Below are positions 35,431-47,510 of a stretch of 64,000 bases of DNA, piece after piece (positions within the stretch are counted from its first letter, which is position 1; each line of letters begins with the position of its first letter). Origin of the DNA: Leucoraja erinacea (lineage: Eukaryota). The stretch lies in NCBI RefSeq assembly GCF_028641065.1, contig NC_073415.1, positions 11,904,001 through 11,968,000 on the forward strand, written 5' to 3'. Made by a program: the position numbers and the translations under genes. Below the pieces are notes generated by a model. The model was not told the origin of the DNA. It worked only from the letters and a program-made list of their open reading frames with translations, and made no database searches.

Positions 35431-37297
35431 ACTGACAGTGGAAGCTGCCCATGAAGACCAAATGATCTCCAAGTTGCTGCTTTAACTTTGGTCATGGGGT
35501 GGGGCGGGATCGAGGGTCGGGGGTGTGAATCAGCAAATTCCAATCACTGAAAACCCCATCGGCAACAAACCAGCGTAGCCCGCTGAGTTTCTCCCGCATT
35601 TTTGTCTACCTTTAAGTAAAAATAAAATGCTTGTGTTTTTAATTGTTTGAACATTTTTGCAGGCTGGGATAGAAAAAAAAACATAGTGAGATGGAATTTC
35701 AAACCATTCTGCTTTGGAATAATTATGCAAAGAAATGATCATCTGTGTGTAACATTGTTTTGGGGCTGCAGATAGACACAAAATGCTGGAGTAACTCGGT
35801 GGGTCAGGCAGCTTCTCTGGAGAGAAGGAATGGGTGACTGCAGATTTTGGGGCTGTGGAGTTTATTGTTCATATCCTGTGAAGATCAAAGGCACCTTACC
35901 CTTCCATATCTCTGTCTCCCTTCTCCTCTGAAGAAGGGTCTCGACCCTAAACATCACCCATTCCTTCTCTCCCGAGATGCTGCCTGCCCTGCTTAGTTAC
36001 TCCAGCATTTTGTCTATTGAAGGTATTCTGGTGGCCAGGTTCTGAGAGGATTTGAAATCTCGTAAAGTTGATATTCAGAGAACAGAAGACATTTTGGCCA
36101 GTAATATTTAGTCATGAATTGATTGATTTATATCAGAGAGGAACAGCATGCAGCTGAAAGTCACCAATCCAACTTTGATCTAAATGTTCCACTGGACTGG
36201 GTGTTGGCCAGAGATGGTCAGTTTTCCTCCATAGTTGTCTTTTCGTATTACTGTTGTTATCATTTCACATTCTAAGCTTGGAAGCTTAATCTTACAAAGA
36301 GGTTGTTTTCTTGCATGTCAAGTATATTGTTCCTTTCCCCTCTCTGATCTTTTGCTCTCTCATTCTGCAATGGACCTGGATTTGCATTGCCCTCTCGGCC
36401 TGCCCTTGTATGTGTGGGCAGCAACGTCCTGGCCATCTCGCTGCACAAGCAACTCTGGTGGTATGCTAATTGTGACAGAGCAGGAATATTGCTAAGTGGG
36501 TAACTTGTGTTCCTACAGCTTAACATTGACAAGTTACTGCTGTTTTGTCTCTGTTACAAAAGACCTCGACAAAACTGAGCAACTGATTCCATTTGCATTA
36601 GTGAGAGAATGTCTGGAAATCACTGTCACAAAAACGTTCTCTTAACTCATCAAATGAAAGATGCCTCAAATCCTCGCGTGCCACTTCTGCTCCGGAAAAT
36701 GAAGAGCAGCTTGCCAGATAATAAATAATTCATGCAAGCAAATTATTTTTATACATGTGCTGGGTGCATATGATTCAGTATTGTGGTATAGCATATTTCT
36801 ACCGAGTGCTTCAGGAATACCTGGCCAAACTGGCAGTGCTCGCTCTTTAATTGGGGGGGGGGTCTTCTGATGACATCCAGCAACAGCAGCAGAGAAGCTT
36901 GCATGTTTTAAAATCAGCATCTGAAGCAAGATTATAATGTATGGCCTTGAACTTCCACTTGCAATTTGCTGTTTCTTTGTAGTATTTCCCGATTCAGTTT
37001 AGCAGCTTTTTAATGCATTTGCTGCAGCTGTCAGTATGTCCTTGACAAGAGAATGCTCACGAAACAGTATTAAGGCTTTTTTGATCATGACAAAAGACGA
37101 GTTAGCATTGTCTTATGATGGCTCTGAAATTTAGGAGCTTTCACAATGTTTTGACCTTGGGAGTGAACGATTAAACAGTGTGAGAGAAGGTAACGAGAGA
37201 GAAGCCTTTTCTAAAAATGACTAACTCGTTTTATTTATAGGTTCAATCCCGTGCCACGGTTCTTTATTTGCCGCCTAATGTGTTTTTCCTTTGACAG

Positions 37298-37382
37298 AGG
37301 TCCAAGCTGCACACAACTTAGAGAAGAACAAAGCCAAGGCTGATGAAACATTTAAGGAACTGGATGACAATGAAGATGGCTT
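37298..37382 (+). CDS. PRKCSH: PRKCSH coding exon 7 (EF-hand 1)
   Basis: EVQAAHNLEKNKAKADETFKELDDNEDG; GTGAGT donor. Confidence 0.93.
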
Positions 37383-38138
37383 GTGAGTACATCAGCGTTT
37401 TCAGAAATCCCCTTTCTAGAGCCCTCTCCATTCAACAAATTAGCTGCCCTTGTATTCTGATTGAATTTAGCAATTCATCTTTTCTCATTCTCTCAACATT
37501 GGACTTTCTCCAAAATTACTGCAGTGTTTATTCTCGCCCCATTATTCACAAATCTCTACATAATTTATCTGAATAAGCTCATGGTAATGCAGCAGCCTGA
37601 GTCTAACACATTGCTACTTGGATTTCCTCTGTTTTTTGAGGATTCTTGTAAAACATAGTCTGGTCACTTGGTTTTTGTGGTACAAGGTGCTGCTGCAGCA
37701 CCAGTGTGCCTGAGAGACACCTGTATATAAACGAACAAACTGAGACGTTCTTTATAATAGACGTCAATATTCTCACTGATTAGAAAGCAAGACTAAGAGT
37801 ACGATGGTTGATGCTGCTTCATTTATTAAAATAATGAAAATCCACACCACCACTGAAGGAAGCCATTAAAACATTGAAGTCGGTACATTTGTATCTTAAC
37901 TGCATGCTTTGTATTAAACAAATTCAGATGGTATTCAAATGAAGAACAGCATTTGTTTTGCTTTCTAGTGCTTCCAATCTTAGATCAGTTGCATTTTGTG
38001 TCGAAGAGTGGAGTCTGTCATCTTATTGAATCAAATTAACTTTGTGGTTCCTGGTGTAAGAGACCAATAATTTGTCCAGCATTGATTTTTGAGACCAGTA
38101 TAGAGGAAAAAGTGAATCGAATATTTCTTCCTTTGCAG

Positions 38139-38217
38139 TATTACAATGAATGAGATTCAGACTCATCCAGAGTTGGACAGCGATGGGGATGGAGTGGTCT
38201 CTGAGCAAGAAGCTGAG
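38139..38217 (+). CDS. PRKCSH: PRKCSH coding exon 8 (EF-hand 2)
   Basis: ITMNEIQTHPELDSDGDGVVSEQEAE. Confidence 0.94.
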
Positions 38218-38517
38218 GTACAACAACAACTTTCATGTTACTCTTGCTTGTTACTTTGTCCTTCAGGTCAGGAATAGAGAGGTTGAGAGTGGTGAATCGG
38301 GCTTCATCTCTGACTAATACAATGGGCACCAGTGCATCGTGCAAATTGGGTTACATTTTCTATTTCTCTTCCTTCTCTACCCCCTTTCTTTCATGGAACA
38401 TAGTACGGTACAAGAACAGGCCATTCGGCCCACAATGTCTGTGCCGAGCATGATGCCAACTCTTATTTCCCTGCACTTAATCCACATCCCTCCATTCCCT
38501 GCATATCCATATCCATC

Positions 38518-39005
38518 CACCACCAGCCCACTGCGGCACTGCGTTCCAGACATCCACCACCAGCCCCGGCACTGTGTTCCAGACATCCACCACCAGCCCC
38601 GGCACTGCGTTCCAGACATTCACCACCACCCAGCCCGGCACTGCGTTCCAGACATTCACCACCAGCCCCGGCACTGTGTTCCAGACATCCACCACCAGCC
38701 CCGGCACTGCGTTCCAGACATTCACCACCAGCCCGGCCTGTTTCCAGACATCCAGCCCCGGCACTTTTCCAGACATTCACCACCAGCCCCCGGCACTGTG
38801 TTCCAGACATCCAGCCCCGGCTGTGCGTTCCAGACATTCACCACCAGCCCCGGCACTGTGTTCCAGACATCCAGCCCCGGCACTGTGTTCCAGACATTCA
38901 CCACCAGCCCCGGCACTGCGTTCCAGACATTCACCACCAGCCCCGGCACTGTGTTCCAGACATCCACCACCAGCCCCGGCACTGCGTTCCAGACATTCAC
39001 CACCC
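38518..39005. repeat. ~33-bp minisatellite (CACCACCAGCCCCGGCACTGTGTTCCAGACATT) expanded within a minus-strand CR1 fragment
   Basis: Direct reading; flanks (38395-38515, 39005-39210) are reverse-complement CR1-like sequence. Confidence 0.85.
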
Positions 39006-39356
39006 TCTATAAAATTAACTCTCCCCACTCCTCTTTTAACTTTGCCCCTCTCACCTTAAGGCTATGCCTTCTAGTATTTAACATTGCCATTCTGGGTCTG
39101 ATTGTCGGCCCCTTCAATGCCTCTTTATAATTTTATATACTTCTCTCTAGTCTACCCTCAACTTCCGACGTTCCAGAGAAAACAATCCAAGTCTGTCCAA
39201 CATCTCCCTGTAGTTGATAGTTCCCAAGCATGATTCTGGGAAATCTCCTCTGCACTTTCCTTTGAGTTGTCAACGAGGAGAGTCAAATTGGAATTTAAAT
39301 GACTTGGTGATTTATAAGCCTCGGCTTCAACAGGCGTTACTGTTTTTGTTGATGGT

Positions 39357-39387
<31 letters not shown>

Positions 39388-39710
39388 GTGAGTCTGGTGG
39401 GGGGGGTCGGGGGAGTGGGTCCGGGGGGGTTGGGTCAGGGGAGTGACCAATTTCATTACATTATTTTTATCCTTTTCAAAATTGTAAGATTTGCTCTTCT
39501 GATGTGGTGGCATAATTACTGCAAAGTTTCAATGCTGTTTTATGGAAGATGGAATTTCAGGATTTGGGCAGTTGTGGAATTCTGCTAATAAAATGTCCGA
39601 TATCGGGTTTGTGACATGGTGTTGATTTTTGATGAGAGCTCACAAAGGTGAATTATTATTTCTGATAATTAAATATCTAACTCCTTCTTAAATGACTAAT
39701 GTTCCTGTAG

Positions 39711-39797
39711 ACTCTGCTGGGAGGCGTCAGTCAAGTTGATGTTGCCAGCTTCCAGGAGGTTGTCTGGGCTGGAATCCAGGACAAGTACAAGTCCGAG
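39711..39797 (+). CDS. PRKCSH: PRKCSH coding exon 9
   Basis: TLLGGVSQVDVASFQEVVWAGIQDKYKSE; GTTAGT donor. Confidence 0.93.
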
Positions 39798-39802
39798 GTT
39801 AG

Positions 39803-40040
39803 TGAAGGAAGGAACTGCAGATGCTGGTTTAAATCGAAGTTAGACACAAAATGCTGGAGTGACTCAGGTGGGACAGGCAGCATCTCTGGAGAGAAGGAAT
39901 GGGTGATGTTTCAGGTCGACACCTTTCTTCAGAAGTGTCTTCAGTCTGAAGATGGGTCTCGACCTGAAACTTCACCCATTCCTTCTGTCCAGGGATGCTG
40001 CCTGTCCCACTGAGTTACTCCAGCTTTTTGTGTCTATCTG
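39803..40040. mobile_element. Fold-back (palindromic) non-autonomous element with hammerhead-like cores at the inner arm ends
   Basis: Left arm GGAACTGCAGATGCTGG...GACACAAAATGCTGGAG...CTTCAG; right arm is its reverse complement. Confidence 0.75.
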
Positions 40041-41167
40041 ATGTTAGTAAATCCTGGTTGCCTACAAGTTGCAGTTTATTGGTGTGCTGGATTTGTAACG
40101 TGTGTCGGCTGTTTCTCCAGGTCTGCTCCTCTGGCTGATGAGCACCAGCCTTTGTGAAGAGGCTTTCAGACATAGATTGATGGTTCCTATTCAACATGCA
40201 CACTGAGAGTCATCGACAAATTAATTTCTCCTTATTTTGGTTACATTGGTTCCAGAGAGAATCTAAGCCGAGGCTTTCTACTACGTACACCTTGGTACAA
40301 AGTTTAGTTTAGTTTAGAGATACAGCGTGGAAACAGGCCCTTCGGCCCATCGAGTCCGCACCGACCTGTGATCCCTGCACATTAACACTATCCTACGCTA
40401 GGGACATTCATGCCAACCCAATTAACCTATAAACATGAATGTGTTTGGAGTGGGTGGAAACGCAAACCCCATGTGGTCACAGGGTGAAGGTACAAACTAT
40501 ACAGACAGCGCCCACCCATAGCCAGGATCAAAGCCGGATCTCTGGCACTCTACTGCTACGCCACCATGCCGCCCAAAACATCGGTAGGTTCCTTTCCCTA
40601 AAAGTGTTCACAGAAGCCATCCGGTTTAGTTCTGTGTATCTGCATCTTAATCCATGTTTTGTTTCACTGAGATCTGGAATCGAGGACCAGGGGACATGGG
40701 TTCAAGGTGAAGGGGAAAAGATTTAATATGAATCTGAGGGGTAACCTTTTTCACACAAAGGGTGGTGGGTGTATGGAACGAGCTGCCAGAGGAGGTAGTT
40801 GATGCTGGAATTATCCCAACGTTTAAGAAACAGTTCAACAGGTATATGGATAGGACAAAGGTACACAAAAATGCTGGAGAAACTCAGCGGGTGCAGCAGC
40901 ATCTATGGAGCGAAGGAAATAGGCGACGTTTCGGGCCGAAACCCTTCTTAGGACAGGACAAGTTTGGAGGGATATGGACCAAGCACAGACAGGTGGGTCT
41001 AGTGTAGCTGGGACATGTTGGCTGGTGTGGCACAAGTTGTGTTGAAGGGCCTGTTTCCACACTATATCACTCTATGACTATGAGATCTTACTGATCTGTA
41101 CCTTGGTACATGTAATAATAAACAAAGCATTGAGCCTCTTCAAGTCATCCTTCCTCTTCCATGACAG

Positions 41168-41383
41168 GCAGTAACTGAGACCCCAATTGTCCCAGAGGTT
41201 CCGGTGGAAGGTGGAGCAGATAGCAGTCGGGAAGTGGACCATGAAGATCACAGAAAGGATGAGGATGAAGATGATTATGGGGAAGGCCAAGATGAAGGTG
41301 TGGGTGATGACGACAGTGAGGATGATGGTGAAGAGGAGGAGGAAGAGGAGGAGGAGGATGGTGCTGGGGAAGATTATTATAAG
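41168..41383 (+). CDS. PRKCSH: PRKCSH coding exon 10 (acidic tract)
   Basis: AVTETPIVPEVPVEGGADSSREVDHEDHRKDEDEDD...EEEEEEEEEDGAGEDYYK; phase 0 at both ends. Confidence 0.88.
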
Positions 41384-43749
41384 GTAATTGAAGACCAGCT
41401 GGATATTTGTACTGCAGTAGGACTCGCACACGTAACATGTCATGATTCATGAGAGAACAACACATTGAGACCCAAAGCGGCAGTGGATAGTTGCCCTTTA
41501 TAGCTGATATAATGATCCATCTGGAGCTGTTTGGCAGCTACAGCGCACTCTCTCTCCAATCCAACAGTAACCATGGAAGTTATCTAGCCGTGACTGCCCC
41601 CAAAGCATTCCGGCTTCTCGGCACAAGAGCGAGGGGAGAAATATCTCAGTGCCGCTGTGTGACCCATCCACAAATAGAATCTTACTTTCTTCACGACTAT
41701 CAGCTAAACGACAGCTAATAGGATCACAGGAGGATGCTGCATGGATGAGCACCAGTGCCTGCAGTGCTGTGACTGCTCTTTGGTGAAGATATCCATGCAG
41801 TCCCACTCTGCTCCTCCCTGCAGCCCTGCAGATATTTTCACTTTCAACTATTGCTATGGTTGCCCTTTGACAGTAGTTTTGAGCTGGTGCCTCTGTCCTT
41901 TCAGGAAGTGCATTCCAGTTCATAAGGTCATAAGTGATAGGAGCAAAATTAGGCCATTCGACCCATCAAGTCTACTCCGCCATTCAATCATGGTTGATCT
42001 ATCTTTCCCTCCTAACCCCATTCTCCTGCCCTCTCCCCATAACCCCTGACACCTGTACTAATCAAGAATCTAACTATCTCTGCCTTAAAAATATCCATTG
42101 ACTTGGCCTCCACAGCCGCCTGTGAAGAATTCCACAAATTCGCTACCCACCGACTAAAGAAATTTCTCCTCATCTTCTTAAAGAAACAGCCTTTAATTCT
42201 GTGGCTATGACCTTTAGTCCGAGACTCTTCCACAACTTCACAAGATCACAACTTGCATAGTCCTCAATTCCTTGATCCCACCTGAGATCTTTGGACAATT
42301 GACGTGTGTTAGGAAATACAAAGATAAATGTCTTTAGTCTGGAATGCACTTCCTGTTGTGATGGTAGAAACCAAGTTCATCGAGTGCTTTGCAAATTCTC
42401 ACAAAATGTCTGTCCAATTCCCTTTGCAAAGCTAATGGAGTGAAGGGGATGGAATGTGGAGGACAAGGTGGTTCTGGGAACCAGCAATGAGCAGGTTGAG
42501 GGAATGCCTCCTACCTTGCTGTTTGGTTGTATTGTATTGTATTGTATTGTGGTTCCATGCAGTGTACATCATCTGCCATGGTCATCTGGGGCAGGGATCT
42601 CACAACGCCTCTAAGATGCTGCGCAAGCATAACATTTTACCTCTTGGTTGTCCTCTCTGCTCAACATGTTGGTGAAACAACCTGGAGAATGTTGGGCCTC
42701 TCAGCTACCTTCTCCCCTTGTATTCAGCATTCCTTCATGCAGCAGATTATAGCTGGCACCAGGGATGATGTTGCTGTTGCTGTACCATTGCCATTCCTGG
42801 TCCAGCATCCTGGGGAATGAGTCATTGGTCACCTGGAACCAAGAGACCCCACGGTCACTTCATGTTCCCTGTAGACTGGAATGCATCTTAAATCTTCCCT
42901 TCCAATCATGGACCTATCTATTTCCCTACTGATGTGTACCTGGGAGCTCATGCAATGAGAATGTTTATGTTGCTACTCTGGGCTCAGGGTGCTTGCTGTA
43001 GTTTAGAGATACAGCATGGGAAAAGGCCCTTCGGCCCACCAGGTCCACACCGACCGGCGATCCCCCCCATATTAACACTATCCTGCACACACAAGGGACA
43101 ATTAAAAAAAAAAACTTCTTCCAAGTCAATTACCTGCCTACCTGTATGTCTTTGGAGTGCGGGAGGAAACTGAAGATCTCTGAGGAAACCCCATGGGGGG
43201 AATGTATAAACTCCGTACCGACAGCATCCGTAGTCGGGATTTAACCCAGGTCTCCCTGCTGTAAGGCAGCGATTCTACCGCTGCGCCACCGTGCCATCCA
43301 GCTGCTGTAACAGCACCTACTGTGGGATCCACAGACAAATCTAAACAATGGAGCAATTTCAAATGTAGCAGCTTAAGTGATGGAATGGGGTTGGGGTTAT
43401 TAAACTCAGTCCCCACCACAGCTAATACAATGTGATATTGTCACAGTTCTGTATGAATTGAACATTTTATTTTTGAATTCACTCCCAGTCAGTAATTTTG
43501 TTTTATCTAATAATTCAAGGGTGCCTGAGGGTGAAGCTTTGAAAAACTTATATAAACTGTCTAAACATTTGTGAGAATTTTCACCGTATCTACTGTATTA
43601 CTGGATCAGCTGAAAGTGAAACCTAATCCATGTGCAAACAGCAGTATTCACTGCATTTCTTTACCCACCACAACCCCGTCTGTGATTCCTTTTGAACCCG
43701 GCACTGTTACATTTATTGAATTAGAGGCAGCTCGTGTATCTTTATATCA

Positions 43750-44165
43750 TTGGGACTCTATTCCTTGGAGCGCAGGAAGGTGAGGGGTGATCTTATTGAT
43801 GTGTATAAAATCATGAGAGGAATAGATCAGGTAGATGCACAGAGTCTCGTGCCCATAGGAGGTGAATCGAGGACCGGAGGACCTAGGTTTAAGGTGAAGT
43901 GGAAAAGATTTAAGAGGAATCTGAGGGATAACTTTTTCACTCAGAGGGTAGTGGGTAGTGGGTGTATGGAACAAGCTGCCAGAGGAGGTGGTTGAGGCTG
44001 GGACAATCCCAACGTTTAAGAAACTGACAGGTACATGGATAGGACAGGCTTTGAGGGATATGTGTCAAACGCGGGCAGGTGGGACTAGTGTAGCTGGGAC
44101 ATTCTGGCCAGCGTGGGCAAGTTGGGCCGAAGGGCCTGTTTCCACACTGTATCACTATGACTCTA
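43750..44165 (+). mobile_element. CR1-like 3' fragment
   Basis: GLYSLERRKVRGDLIDVYKIMRGIDQVDA...FFTQRVV. Confidence 0.85.
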
Positions 44166-44607
44166 TAACTGCTGTACAGCCTGAGGAAGCTTTCAGAACA
44201 AGTTGATAAACAGCACAATACAAAGTCATGATGAGCATGCAGAATTATTTTAGTCACAGTTTCAGCTTGGTGTTCTTACTTTGGCAATTCTTCAACTTGC
44301 AATTTAGCTGTCAAATCTAAAAAACTTCAAGTCTAAAAACATTTTATTTCTGTGCACTTAAGGTAAAAATGTATTTCAAAACAAAATTTGTGATCTGCTT
44401 TGATGTAAATTCTTAATCTGTCAGCGGGCTGGTGGCACTGCTGTTTTGTAGTACTAACATTTCAACAGTAGTGTAGCCACTGACTACTCCCATTGACTTT
44501 CACCCAGTTTGCTACTGAGCTTCAATTGGTGCCTAATATTCCACAACTGTGGGTCAGTTAGGCTTGTGTTTATTTTTGTCACCTGTAGTTTAGAGTTATA
44601 GAATCAT

Positions 44608-44895
44608 ACAGCACGGAAACAGGCCCTTCAGCCAACTTGCCCATGCTGACCAACATGCCCCATCTACACTAGTCACAGTGATACAGTGTGGAAACAGGCC
44701 CTTCAGCTCAACTTGCCCATGCTGACCAACATGCCCCATCTACACTAGTCAGATACAGTGTGGAAACAGGTCCTTCAGCCCAACTTGCCCATGCTGACCA
44801 ACATGCCCCATCTACACTAGTCACAGTGATACAGTGTGGAAACAGGCCCTTCAGCCCAACTTGCCCCTGCTGACCAACATGGCCCATCCACACTA
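44608..44895. repeat. Four tandem ~65-72-bp copies of a CR1/SINE 3' tail (minus strand)
   Basis: GGAAACAGGCCCTTCAGCCCAACTTGCCCATGCTGACCAACATGCCCCATCTACACTAGTC repeated. Confidence 0.85.
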
Positions 44896-44954
44896 ATTCC
44901 ACTTCCCTGTTCAGTTTGGTTTATTGTCACGTGTACCAAAGTACAGTGAAAAGC

Positions 44955-45165
44955 TGAAGATAGACACGCAATGCTGGAGTATCTCAGCGGGACAGGCAGC
45001 ATCTCTGGAGAGAAGGTATGGGTGACGTTTCTGGTCGAGACCCTTCTTCAGACCAGATGTCTGAACCACAATGTCACCCATTCCTTGTCTCCAGAGATGC
45101 TGCCTGTCCCGCTGAGTTACTCCAGCATTTTGTGTCTATCTTCGGTTTAAATCAGCATCTGCAGA
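44955..45165. mobile_element. Fold-back element, same family
   Basis: GAAGATAGACAC..GCTGGAG...GGTGACGTTTC...CTTCAGACC followed by the inverted arm ending GTGTCTATCTTC. Confidence 0.75.
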
Positions 45166-45267
45166 CCCTACTGTGAAAAACTTTTACCCCATGTCTCTCT
45201 AAACCTGTCCACATGTGACAAGACATTTTATAAGCTGTCAGACAGGTAATAATCCTTCTCTTTGTAG

Positions 45268-45355
45268 AATCGACAGAGTCATGTCCCTGAAAAGGAGGGA
45301 ACGGAGGAAGACAAGATGCCGGCATACGATGAAGAAACTCAGGTGCTGATTGATG
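45268..45355 (+). CDS. PRKCSH: PRKCSH coding exon 11
   Basis: NRQSHVPEKEGTEEDKMPAYDEETQVLID versus human EEDKMPPYDEQTQAFID. Confidence 0.92.
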
Positions 45356-46777
45356 GTAAGTTATTGACCCAAACTAACTCTGACGATGCAGACAAACTCC
45401 TGCTTTCTGTACCCTAACTGCCTCTGAGCCTTTCACTGAAGATACAAAAGTCTCTCCACTTAAGCTATTTAATTGTGAAAGTGCAGATGCCACATGAGGA
45501 TCTGGTTAAAGGATTCTGCTGTGTTTTATGTGAGAATGGTGTCCTTCTCTGGACCGATAGATCCTCGTTAAAGTCCATCTACCAACACTGACTGGGCGAT
45601 GGACACAGGTGTCTTTACATCTTCACTGTGACAAACCTCTCATTAACTGACTCCTCTGTGACTCTTGTTTCTCTTTTGTCTTGTATTTGCCCCGGTAGCA
45701 TGCTGTCACAACACATCACAGGGCCAAAAAGACAGATTTTAATTGCCTTCACTCCATGGCTGTGCGTATCATCTGTAGTTTCCTCACTTTAAACCTTGCA
45801 AGCTATTACCTTTCTCTATTTATGATCAAGCCCAGGGGTGTGGTATTGAGAACAATTGGTGCCCATCTCTGTCTCTCCCTGAGATGTTCTTAAATCACCA
45901 GCTTGATCCACAATGCACGGTGCAGTCTGTGGAGTGGCGGGAATGTGGGAGGAATGGTGAACCAGCAGTGGGTAGTTTGTGCATGCACTTGTCAATCTAG
46001 GGGCTGTGGGTATGGGGCTTGCTGTCTAGAGGAGCAACTGTGGTTTTGTAGATGGACATAAACTGCTGGAGTAACTCAGCGGGACAGGCAGCATCTCTGG
46101 AGAGAAGGAATGGGTGGCATTTTGGGTCGAGACCCTTGTTCCGACTCTTGGGTTGGTGTGTGTGTGTGTGTGCTAGCCGTCTGGAGGAGCGTGCTTTGTC
46201 CTGCATGCCCTTGTGTTCATTGCTGCAGAAGGCGATGGAGGCCAAGTCAATAGATATTTTTAAGACGGAGATTGACAGATTCTTGATTAATACGGGTATC
46301 AAGGGTTATGAGGAGGTGGAAGGAGAATGGAGTTGAGCGGGATAGATAGATCAGCCATGTTTCCATGGAGTAGTCACCTGATGGGCTAAATGGCTCCTCT
46401 AACTCGTGAACATGAAACAGAAGTGTTCCATTGTGTCCCTGACACGTGCCTTGTGGATACTGGACAGGCTTGGGGATGGCGGGAGGTGTGTTGTATGTGT
46501 CTGGGACCCAGCTGTAGGGAACCCAGCCCCTGGTGGCACCTTGTAGCCTCATTATGTGGCTTGCAAAGTCAAGGGTTTAGTCACCCATCATCCTTGAGAA
46601 ATTGTTTGCTGAAGGTTCAGCGGTGAAATCTGTAGAATTACCACGGGTAGGTGGTCTCACCCTCTTGGAGATTGCCTGCACTCCTCTCGCTGATCATGTA
46701 TGCCCGAGTTGTTGAAATCTTCTCAATGTGAGGAGTTTAAATGCAGTTGATCATTGAGTGTTCCAATTCTCTGATCT

Positions 46778-47051
46778 TACATAGAAACATAGAAACATAG
46801 AAATTAGGTGCAGGAGTAGGCCATTCGGCCCTTCGAGCCTGCACCGCCATTCAATATGATCATGGCTGATCATCCAACTCAGTATCCCGTACCTGCCTTC
46901 TCTCCATACCCTCTGATCCCCTTGGCCACAAGGGCCACATCTAACTCCCTCTTAAATATAGCCAATGAACTGGCCTCAACTACCCTCTGTGGCAGAGAGT
47001 TCCAGAGATTCACCACTCTCTGTGTGAAAAAAGTTCTCCTCATCTCGGTTT
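46778..47051 (-). mobile_element. CR1-like 3' fragment
   Basis: ACATAGAAACATAGAA tail, then a near-identical reverse complement of 12010-12277. Confidence 0.85.
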
Positions 47052-47224
47052 AACTTACAGAAAGTTATTGATGCAGCACTTGGTTGCGAGTCGGAGAACC
47101 CCAACATCAACGTTGTGGGCTGCTGATGGCTGAGCTCCATCATTCAAGCCCTTTGGTTTCAATTCAATTTCAGTATCTGGCTGTCACTGACGAGCTCAAT
47201 GTTTATTTCCCTTCAACATGGTTT

Positions 47225-47510
47225 AGTTTAGTTTGGAGAGACAGCACGGAAGCAGGACCTTCGGCCCACTGTGTCTGCATCGACCAGTGATCCCCACACT
47301 CCCTAACCTCATCCTACACTAGCGACAATTTACACATACACCAAGCCAATTAACCTACAAACCTGCAAGTCTTTGGAGTGTGCGAGGAAACCCACGCAGG
47401 TCACGGGAAGCATGTACAAACTTCGTACAGACAGCACCCGTAGCCTGGATGGAACCCGGGTCTCTGGCGCTGTGAGGCAGCTACTCTATTGCTACACCAC
47501 CGTGCCGCCC
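47225..47510 (-). mobile_element. HE1/V-SINE-like element (minus strand); similar copies at ~30720-30988, 40305-40572, 43000-43295, 50680-50978
   Basis: Reverse complement of the SINE, ending ...CTACACCACCGTGCCGCCC. Confidence 0.8.

Noticed and set aside
38339-39130. 263-aa ORF in PRKCSH intron 8
   Set aside because: 33-bp minisatellite inside an antisense CR1 fragment
41078-41465. Hydrophobic and His/Pro-rich minus-strand ORFs
   Set aside because: Antisense shadows of the PRKCSH acidic exon
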